DNA of 64,000 nt from Phoronis australis (lineage: Eukaryota > Animalia > Phoronida). The stretch covers positions 82,275 to 146,274 of the forward strand of contig NMRA01000098.1 in the NCBI GenBank assembly GCA_002633005.1. The letters run 5' to 3'. Made by a program: the position numbers and the translations under genes. The notes under the pieces are model-generated. The model worked only from the letters and a program-made list of their open reading frames with translations. It searched no databases and had not been told where the DNA came from. Positions 1 to 64,000 of the stretch are shown here, in pieces (within the stretch, counting starts at the first letter, position 1; every line of letters starts with the position of its first letter).

Positions 1-938
1 CCCCATGGGTGCACCAAATGACCCAAAAATTTAGAATTCAAACTCAATCGCATTTAGTAAACAGATATGTAATTTTGAAGTCTCTAGCTCAAAATTTTAA
101 TTTTGCACTCAATGACCTTTGACCTATTTTTTCTGATTGGTTAGTCCTATTGCGTAGTTAAGTAGGTTGTTCAATTGGCAAGTTGACTTACACCAGTGTG
201 CTGAAATTGAAAAGAATTTCTTGAAAAACGTAAGAGATATAACATTTTGAACGTTACATGACCTTTGCACCAATTGACCCTATCCGGTGCATTTTAAGCA
301 TCTTTAGGAGAATTATTGCAAAGCCCATGGAAAATGTGTTTAACGCTGAGAATCACAGTTGTCTAACGGTTGACACATCAGAAAACTTGCTGATTGAAAA
401 GGTCAAATTTTCAGGAGAAAAATGCACCTAATGACCCCATGTTTGCACTAAATGACCTGAAACTTTGGATTCCGATTTGATTTACCTGTGGCAATCATAC
501 CTGTCAATTTGAAGTGTCTAGCTCAAAATTTTAGTTTGCACCTAATGACCTTTGACCTATTTCACCTGATTGGATGACCCGATTACTTAGAAAAGTAATT
601 TTTTAAATTGCCATCTTGAGTTATACCTGTGCACCGAATTTGAAAAAGATTACTTTAAAACTGAAGGAGGAGCAGCATTTTGAAAATTATATGACCTTTG
701 CACCAAACGACCTCTTCCGGTGCAATATGGATTATGATTATATAACCAATCAAAATTTATATACTGTCAAAAATCATATGCTGAATTTAAAGACCGTACC
801 TGCACCCAATTAAGAGTTATTAAGCCTCAAAGTTGGTCGGAAGAAGAATAAGAAGAATAAGAATAAGAATAAGAATAAGAATAAAATTGAAGAAAACTCA
901 GGAACAACAGTACTCTGCGCTTACACGCGCAGAGTAAA
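1..938 (-). mobile_element. Helentron/HINE-like non-autonomous element, family C (truncated by window start)
   Basis: Internal ~434-bp tandem duplication (1 vs 435) rich in ATGACC motifs, (AAGAAT)n microsatellite at 840-885, terminal hairpin TACTCTGCGC-ttacac-GCGCAGAGTA at 911-936. Confidence 0.65.
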
Positions 939-1884
939 TATGAACAGTTTAGTTAATTTCGCAGTTTACGTCGACGCTCCGCTCAGACCGGAGTTAAGTC
1001 AGTATGAAAAGCCTTTAGATCTGATAATTTTTATATTTATTGTAATCAAATTATTACTTTTCAGGAAACCCCGACCACCCCTTTTACAGACATTCTTTTA
1101 GAAATGTTGAGTTACGGGGGTTAGATCGTGATTCGTATGGTAACTGAATTGTTTCAAAGACGAATTGATAGGAAAAAAGTAACCAGATTGGTCCCCGGCA
1201 TTTTCCCGTGAGATGTTTCTCCGGTCTCTGTTGTCTTCAGTCGCTTGTAAAATTTTAGTTTCTCGGTCCGTTCTCTTTAATGTAACACCATTTTAAATCA
1301 CATGAAAATATGTTCTATGGGAGTAAGCTCTTCCAGAAATACCACAGAAAAAGTGTCCGAAATGGGTAGCTGGCTAGATGCAATCACGTTGTGGTCATTG
1401 AAGTCATAGTCTAGAATCTATGGTTGATGAAGCAACTCTTCATAATGGCCAACGTAAAAACACAGAGCTGCAAGTATTTTACAAATAAGTAAAAGGTACC
1501 TACTTGTTAAATTGGAACTGCATAAAGCGGGCACATTGTAAACACAACATACGATTATAAACCCAACTAGCATTGGAATATCGTAACCTTTACACCCGGT
1601 TTCATAAACCGTGCGCTATCTATTTACGCTGGTTCACGTTTTCACGTGCAATTGTTGAATAATGCTGCATTCTCACGATTGAATTTTGTGTAAATGTGTA
1701 TGGCAGTTGAATTTTCTTTTCGCAATTTTGTTCTGTTCATTGCCAATTAAGATTTGAAGAGGTATGAACCTTACTTTAGCGATGCGTCCAACATGCACAA
1801 GGTCTATGCGCTCAGTTCTTCTTTTTGTTGTTTTTTCTTTGAAAGGCAACATTCGAACTATATAAGCTAAATGTATTTTGATTT

Positions 1885-2492
1885 ATTAAATAAATGCCCA
1901 AAACGTACCGAAAGTAGCGTACATGAAATAATATCCCACGAGGCATTATTCCGTTTTTATCCCATACGCCTCTTTCATTTTTCGGCAGATTTTTTAAATA
2001 CTTCACCCAGACTGTTCACGTAGCGGATCACTTCCTGTATGTATGTACTTGCGCGTCAACTTACACGTTCTCTCAAGAAAAAGAAACGGTTTTAAATTTA
2101 AAGATTTATTAGTTGAAAAGAGATAACAAAGATGAAAACAACGGTAATTGTACATTGACGACATAACACTGAAGAAGCAATTAAACACCGAGATAGAAGT
2201 GCCATATAATTAACAGTTTTGTTCCAGATGTTACGTTCGGGACCTGATTGCATGAGAGTGTTACTTATGTCGCTGCAATGGTATTACTTTAAACTATTTT
2301 GGGAAAGTTTGGTGGTAGAACTGTCTAACGACGTCGAGTCGAGATAGACCCACCTTTTGAACTTTCCATGCCAGAGGTCACTGTTTAAGTAGTGCGGGAG
2401 GGGAATACCAAGGACTACACTCCTTGGGAATACGGAATGCAAGATCACATGGTCGTATTGCACGAGACTGATTCAACGCGTATGGGATAAAC
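1885..2492 (+). repeat. Dispersed repeat, copy 1 (partner at 57565-58300)
   Basis: Shared blocks such as CAGATTTTTTAAATACTTCACCCAGACT and TTCAACGCGTATGGGAT; inverted repeat TTATCCCATACGC...GCGTATGGGATAA. Confidence 0.75.
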
Positions 2493-3128
2493 ATAAATAT
2501 AGAGTGTCCCAAAAATGTAGTCGCAATTCAAATGGGTTGTTCGTTGACTTATGAACAGGGTTTTTGGTCGAAATTCATCATGGTAGCCAAAAAAGTTACC
2601 AATTGTGTTTAAATCAACATAAATGCATTTTTTAACTTGGAAAAACATTGTCTTTGCACTTCTTTGACGTTTTCATGTTTTGAGTAGAATAATGCAATAC
2701 ATTTCTGTTTCCGAAACTGAGTCGTTTGCCAAACTAGCATGTACTTCTAAGCCCTACACTAACATGCATTGTCATAGCGATAGAACAACATCTAGGCCTA
2801 CATGTGGGTATTGGCGAAAAAGCATGACATCATCTTGTATCAAAAGCGATGTCAATGGAGCTATTTACGCATTTTATAACTGTGCTTCAGTTCTGTGTCT
2901 TCCCTTAGCTCTAAATTTGTAAATAGTTAAAGCGGTTCTTTGCCGAGCTATTTTGAACTGTTTCCTGAAAGGCCATCCACTGTCATGACATGTTGCTTGG
3001 TGAGCCGACTCGTAGTCCAGCCAGTTACGCAAAGTGGTGACTGGCCATTCCCGTGCTCAAAACCATAAGAACTCGTGACGGCTCACGGGATGTTTTTCGT
3101 AGCAATGTGCATAGTAGGCCTACTCTTG

Positions 3129-3390
3129 CATGGGTGGCAGCACTGAAATAAGTTGGGTGCATAGATTATATGCTATGATTGGGTGCTATAGCCCTCCCCC
3201 TAGTAGTGCTGTAGTGGTAAAATTAGAGGTAAGTAGGCGCCCAAAGCCCACCGTATCACATTGAGCACTGAACGTAACTTACGGTGCGTAGGCGCTACGT
3301 TCAGATGCCAAAAGGTGGTTGGCTGCGCCTACGTGCGCCTACCCCCCACTACAGGACTACCCCCTAGCCCCCTATGGTGCGCCGCCCATG
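3129..3390. mobile_element. MITE with CATGGG(T/C)GGC TIRs and 5-bp TSD TCTTG
   Basis: tcttg|CATGGGTGGC...GCCGCCCATG|tcttg. Confidence 0.75.
3204..3359. mobile_element. hAT-type MITE nested in the previous MITE, 8-bp TSD CCCCCTAG
   Basis: TIRs TAGTGCTGTAGTGG / CCACTACAGGACTA, perfect TSD at 3196-3203 and 3360-3367. Confidence 0.8.
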
Positions 3391-3982
3391 TCTTGGCAGG
3401 TCTTCAGTTCTATGCAATTTGTAACCATATGCATGTAGTCTCTATATCTATGGAAGTAAGTGCGCAGTGAGCCTGACGCAGAACCTGGCCCAAGGGAACT
3501 GAATTTGAACTCCCGCGGAGATGCACTGAAATGTCATGGAGTGCATTTTGAGAATCCATGCTTTATACTATAGATGACACTACTGCCCAGAAATCGAATC
3601 AAAGTTTTACCTGGACAACAAGTTGCGTCAATAATTTATTTAGGTAAAATAGCGCATAATATACACATATAATTACATAAATAAGTACATAGTTTTACAT
3701 AAACATTGAATGATTCAGGAAAAGTAGGTTTGGGTGATACATTGTAAACATGATACTGTCGATAAGTGATAAATTTCAAACAATAATAGATTGATATCAT
3801 TGCGCAAGTTTTGAGAACCAATTTCTTTTTAGTTTACACCTATAAACCTTATAAAAATGTCGTCAGCTGTGTGCTTAATTGTCGCCTATGTGAGTGTCCG
3901 GAACAATCGAAGATCATGGGAATACTTGTTTGAGCAGATAAAAATTCGCACAGAGGAGTAAATAGTGTTACATCATTGTTCA

Positions 3983-4415
3983 CTCCAGTTCTATGATATA
4001 ACCGAATGTGGTTTTCTCCACGACAATCACAATTCGGGATCACTAGAGATTCTCAAGTACTTTGATTGTGTTTGAGTTTTTGATGGTACCAGTAAATTTA
4101 AACGTTGCTTGATGTGCACATGTAGTTGGCCCAACCTGAGCAAAGAGTATCAGAAAGACTCACTCAGGCAAAATCATACCAGAAAACCCGCCATTTAATT
4201 CCTCCAGTTCTATGATATAACCGAATGTAGTTTTCTCCACGACAATCACAGTTCGGGATCACTAGAAATTCTCAAGTACTTTGATTATGTTTGAGTTTTT
4301 CATGCAGTCAGTACATTTAAATGCTGCTTGATCTGCACATGTAGTTCGCCCAACCGGAGCAAATGCATATCTGAAAGACTCCCTCAGGTAAAATCATACC
4401 AGAAAACTCGCCAAT
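3983..4415. repeat. Two tandem copies of a ~219-bp unit
   Basis: CTCCAGTTCTATGATATAACCGAATGT at 3983 and 4202, with similarity through the unit. Confidence 0.85.
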
Positions 4416-4449
4416 TTTTCGGGCAATTATCAGGTAAGGACAGTTGAGG

Positions 4450-5625
4450 ATGATTTTGACCACTGTGGCACCTCTTAGTAGCAGTTTTGTTTTTTGTGCC
4501 CATAGCTGTATCTCCTGAAACCCACTGAAGACTTAGCAAGTGTGCTCTTGTTGACAACAAACGACGACGGATCCGACGAACGCTGTACCCCATAGTGGCA
4601 ATTTCATTTTTTCCGTTTTCCTTTGTTTCTCTGAAGTTCCTTGAAACTTGGTAAATAGCTTGCGGTTATAAGAAACTGTGATATGTTCTCGTTTCGATGG
4701 ATTTGACGCCATCTAGTGGCCACTTATAAGTTTTATAATACAAAATAATAAGCGCCCCTAAAAGCACACCATTTGGGGTGAATTCGTGGGCGCATTTCAG
4801 TGCTCCGCGTTGCTCTTGTAATTATATTTTAATCTGTTTTTTTTTTGCAGTTTCTTCTCTATCTGCCAAAGCGCTCAGAAGATCATTATTAAAATTGACA
4901 TATGCGTTCCTAATGACAAGAACTTACAAGACGTGGATTCTGAACGGGTCCAACCAATGAGCTACGTACGTAATGATCTCATTGGGTCCAACTACTGTGG
5001 TGCCCCCTATTGACATTCTTTCACATCTAGGACTGTATCTCCTAAACCTCTTGCAAGACATTTTTGAAATTTTGCAGTTGCAGGGGTGGATCCAGGATTT
5101 TGAGTTGGGGGGGAGGGAATAGAATGACCACTGAGAATTTCGCCTCATGCGCGCGTCCAGCCTAAAATGTCGGAGGTCTCGAATTTTTGGGTTTGTGGAC
5201 CTTTTTACTAAAAAAGAAACAAACGGGGTTTGTCCAAGGCCTCCCGCGAGCATATGCACCCCGGACTACCGAATGAAATCTGGGACAATCTAAGGGGTGA
5301 CATGGTCCCTTTACCTCCCCTCAAATCCGCCACTGAGTTGTATTTCCTATTAACTTGTCAGCAGATGGATGGATATGCGACTACTGCTGTAGTTCCTAAT
5401 GGCGGTTTTTTATGTTTGCCTTCGTATCTTCGGAGTTCTTTGACTGATTTTTTATGAAAGTTGGCAAAAAAATTTGAGAGACGACGACACTTTCCCATCT
5501 TTGGATGGTTTCAATGTATTCTGCGCCATCTAGTGGCCACTTTTATGATACAAATAAACACACCTAGATGCACAGTGTTTGCGGTGCAGTCGTGGGCGCA
5601 TTTCAACGCTCTGCGTTGCTCTTGA
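4450..5625 (+). mobile_element. Two partial HINE family A copies, the second interrupted by a MITE
   Basis: 3' ends GTGGGCGCATTTCA..GCTC..CGTTGCTCTTG at ~4787-4819 and ~5592-5624; CGCCATCTAGTGGCC cores as in 45086-46725. Confidence 0.75.
5081..5335. mobile_element. MITE CAGGGGTGGAT...ATCCGCCACTG with 5-bp TSD AGTTG
   Basis: TIRs and direct repeat at 5076-5080 and 5336-5340. Confidence 0.8.
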
Positions 5626-5917
5626 TATTATTTTAAGTCTAGTTTTTGGCGTTCATATTTCTATGGGCCAATTAAACCACTCTATGAATGGTTATGGAAT
5701 TTGGTATATGACTTGTGTTCTTACTGGGAAGAGCATGACTGATGTTGATCGATGTCTTCATTAGTTAATATATTAGTTAAGGCGTTGGAGTAACAAAACT
5801 CCAAGTGTTAGTGTAGGAGTTGCTTCATGTACTACCTACATGACTACTAACCTAAGATGTAGTCATTCATTTACGTGAACATGTATGGTATTGTAAAGTT
5901 TTCTAGTTGACATGTAC

Positions 5918-6690
5918 CATAGGCGGATTTAGGGGGGGGGGCCCAGGGGGCCCGGCCCCCCCCCCCCTTGGCTGCNNNNNNNNNNNNNNNNNNNNNNNNN
6001 NNNNNNNNNNNNNNNNNNNNNNNNNNNNNNNNNNNNNNNNNNNNNNNNNNNNNNNNNNNNNNNNNNNNNNNNNNNNNNNNNNNNNNNNNNNNNNNNNNNN
6101 NNNNNNNNNNNNNNNNNNNNNNNNNNNNNNNNNNNNNNNNNNNNNNNNNNNNNNNNNNNNNNNNNNNNNNNNNNNNNNNNNNNNNNNNNNNNNNNNNNNN
6201 NNNNNNNNNNNNNNNNNNNNNNNNNNNNNNNNNNNNNNNNNNNNNNNNNNNNNNNNNNNNNNNNNNNNNNNNNNNNNNNNNNNNNNNNNNNNNNNNNNNN
6301 NNNNNNNNNNNNNNNNNNNNNNNNNNNNNNNNNNNNNNNNNNNNNNNNNNNNNNNNNNNNNNNNNNNNNNNNNNNNNNNNNNNNNNNNNNNNNNNNNNNN
6401 NNNNNNNNNNNNNNNNNNNNNNNNNNNNNNNNNNNNNNNNNNNNNNNNNNNNNNNNNNNNNNNNNNNNNNNNNNNNNNNNNNNNNNNNNNNNNNNNNNNN
6501 NNNNNNNNNNNNNNNNNNNNNNNNNNNNNNNNNNNNNNNNNNNNNNNNNNNNNNNNNNNNNNNNNNNNNNNNNNNNNACCTCCCCCCATTCGGTGCTATG
6601 CGCATCTACATTCATGGTTCAGTTTGCGCAAATGCTTCCAACCGGACAAAATGTTGGCCCCCCCCTTGTGATATCCTAGATCCGCCACTG
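5918..6690 (-). mobile_element. hAT-like non-autonomous element (CAGTGGCGGAT / CATAGGCGGAT ends), 5-bp TSD TGTAC, interior in an N gap
   Basis: tgtac|CATAGGCGGATTT...ATCCGCCACTG|tgtac; ends shared with 21816-22854 and 23644-23950. Confidence 0.8.
5976..6577. other. Assembly gap (N run)
   Basis: N run next to G/C homopolymers. Confidence 0.99.
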
Positions 6691-7859
6691 TGTACTGTGT
6701 GTATGTAGTGACAGACTTTTGTTTTGGCTGTGACATGTATTTACTGTCAAGTATTTGTGTTCAGTTTTTCGTATTGACAGTGACATGTATTCATTTATTA
6801 CTGACGGGCGCTTACATGGGCTGTATGCTGAGACAGAGACCGTTGTAACAGAGTTGTGCCTATCGAAAATAGGCCCAACCAAAAGTACGCCTATGGACGT
6901 ATTTTTGGTAACTGCATGTTTTGAAAATCTGATTGGCTTTGAAAAAAGTCCCTGTTGATGGCACCAGCCATTGCAAAGTGAGGGTGAAACACATTAATTT
7001 CTTTGATTTTTTTTTGTTTTTTCACCATTTATTCTTCAAACAAAACTCATTACAAAAATGTTGAGGCAATAACATTCAAATATCGAACAACATTATACAC
7101 ACCGCAGTCAACCAGTGTAGGCCCTTCTCAGATTAATTTTAAGTGTGCAATATATGCATGTATCAGAGAATTGATAACATAGTCAGTGAAAATAGGCTCC
7201 CACGGTTTCCAGAATTGCCGTAGTTCATTTGAATTTTTTTGGCTTAGAATACTTGTCATTCTCAGCAATATTTTATTTTCAAATAATTAATGAAATTTTA
7301 AAGATGAGACAAACTTTTTAAATTTTGAAATGTATAAGTAATAATTCGCGTGCAATAGAAGCCAATTGAGTACTTAGTTTTATTTTTTAAACGGTGTTCC
7401 AAAAAGTATTTGTCTTTTTCCCGCAAGCAGTCGACCGGCTGCAGCCGCGGCAGGCTCTCAAAATCGCGCCAAAAAGAGTGTGTGGCTCAACATACAAATA
7501 AATTTTCTATTGTCGCACATTCGTTGTTACAGAAATTACTAAGAACGAATATGAGACAATTAATATTTCCTGGATTTTCAAATGGAAGGACAAGGTCGTT
7601 CAACTTTTTTTTGTTGCATTACGGACGTCATCGAACTGAAGCAAGGTCATCCGTGGGGTACAATAGAATGGCAGTTCTGACAATTTCAATGTGTCCATTG
7701 TTAATCTTTGGTAGCAAAAAACTTCACAACTGTTTCTCATCTCCTTCTGTGCACTACAGTTCACATGGTACTCGAAATTTGACTCGATATTATTCACTAT
7801 TGCGCTAAACGACTACCTTTACCCGACATTATGTGGGTGTAAAGGGAGGGTAAAATAAC

Positions 7860-8142
7860 AGCCTTCACCAATGTACTTCCGGTTTCATAGAATGCGACTC
7901 ATTGCTGTTTTAGCTTATACTTGGAGCTGTGAATGAAATCGTGAAATTGAAAATGTTACTGTTTTAAAGGAACGTTAAAAGGAGCTAAATATGTGGCGGA
8001 AATGGTAACATTTAGCTCGGTTTATGCCAAAAGGGGCGTTTTTCTTGTTACGAGATGAATGCGACTCGTGACTCTTGAACATTGACAAATCTTTCCGAAG
8101 ACCCCTGTCTTATAAACGTCGTGAAGTTATAGCTTCGTCAAA
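7860..8142 (+). promoter_or_regulatory. Putative VEGFR promoter / 5' UTR region
   Basis: CpG relatively enriched; ETS consensus TACTTCCGGT at 7874-7883, GGCGGAAAT near 7995, direct repeat GAATGCGACTC at 7890 and 8057. TSS cannot be determined. Confidence 0.35.
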
Positions 8143-63050
<54,908 letters not shown>

Positions 63051-64000
63051 GTATGTTATACCTGTCCTCGATTTGCTTGTGACTGGCTGTTGATAGTTTT
63101 GGTAGGGTTTGAGAAGATGATGCATCTCTAAAAATGCAGTCATATTTACGCTGAAAAGTACTATTGTTCAAAACAATGTAGGAATTTGGCTTATTTTGAG
63201 ACTGATGAAAGTGTGCTGTCATAAGATATCAATGGGGTTTGGCACAGATTTAATTTATGATTATTTTTTTTAAAATTTAGGATATTGGTCTTTCACTACA
63301 GCTCTACAAATAGGCAAAAAATATGGGGTTCACCGAATCGGTTTTTCCATTACATTTCCCTGAAAAATGGCACCTTTGGCAAAATCTGAAATTATGTAGT
63401 ATTGAAATGGATTTCTTCTGCTGAAGAATTTCAGTTTTGAACAGCTTTAATTATATTTCCTGGATAACTGATGATTTTCTTCCATCATCGTAAGTAAACG
63501 GTGGATCTTAAATTCCTTGGATTCAGTAGTTTGGCTTTTATGCAGCAAGCTACTTTGTTAATTTTTTCTTTAATAGATCAGTTTGATAAAAAATTAGAAG
63601 CTCAACTACTTGAGCTATTTTTGCTTAAACAGCACCACAAAAAGGAGGCGCAATTTGACCTTCTTACTAGCACGCCAATTCCAAGGTTAGGGTTTCCCTG
63701 TTGCGTTCCCGCTAGATATTGTTTTTGAGATCATGAATCAATTGAAGTTGATACGAATAAACTAAAATGCGAATTTTCAAAATAAATTCAAAGTTGTTGT
63801 TTAACCTCAAAGTCAAAGTAATTTCTACACTAAAGTGTTTATCTCTTCTCTTTTTTTGAATGATGTCACGCACTATTATTTTATCCTATAATCTTATGAC
63901 AAAAACCCAATCCAAATTAATCAATCTTTTGCCTGAAATCAAAATGTTCAAGTGTTTCATCAATTAGTCAATGTCTTAAAAACCATGACTGTTTTGCGAC

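Noticed and set aside
5871-6708. Long ORFs in five frames
   Set aside because: Artefacts of the N gap; the same applies to 22948-23344.
8111-8116. TATAAA as the core TATA box
   Set aside because: It lies only ~30 nt before the ATG, which would leave essentially no 5' UTR; unsupported without TSS data.
63051-64000. Terminal VEGFR exon with stop codon
   Set aside because: No convincing acceptor plus Tyr-containing tail frame was found; the tail presumably lies beyond the window.

Overview
Eukaryotic (animal, AT-rich, draft assembly with N gaps) genomic window; most ORFs in the supplied track are spurious. The main feature is one + strand, intron-rich gene for a PDGF/VEGF-family receptor tyrosine kinase (VEGFR/Pvr-like). 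I assembled 21 coding exons by hand from GT-AG sites with matching phases: 3399 nt, 1133 codons, comprising signal peptide, 7 Ig domains, TM helix and a split kinase domain. The signal-peptide exon at 8143 lies 28.7 kb upstream of exon 2, and the C-terminal tail exon(s) lie beyond the window. Kinase motifs (LGAVTKD..GELYVIVEYC, DFGLAK, KWMALES) look like invertebrate/protostome Pvr (inference). The rest is non-autonomous DNA transposons (three Helentron/HINE-like families, hAT-like MITEs with 5-8 bp TSDs, two TA-flanked Tc1/mariner-pogo-like elements, foldback palindromes), minisatellites and one probable haplotype-duplication artefact. The most notable observations are: (1) a HINE inserted in the polypyrimidine tract of exon 6 that now appears to supply its branch point and tract; (2) that HINE family carries co-oriented CTCF-like motifs about every 150 bp; (3) a 58-bp triplication of the exon-12 splice donor that could give a truncated receptor or an in-frame 15-nt microexon. 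No CRISPR, rRNA or tRNA gene is supported.
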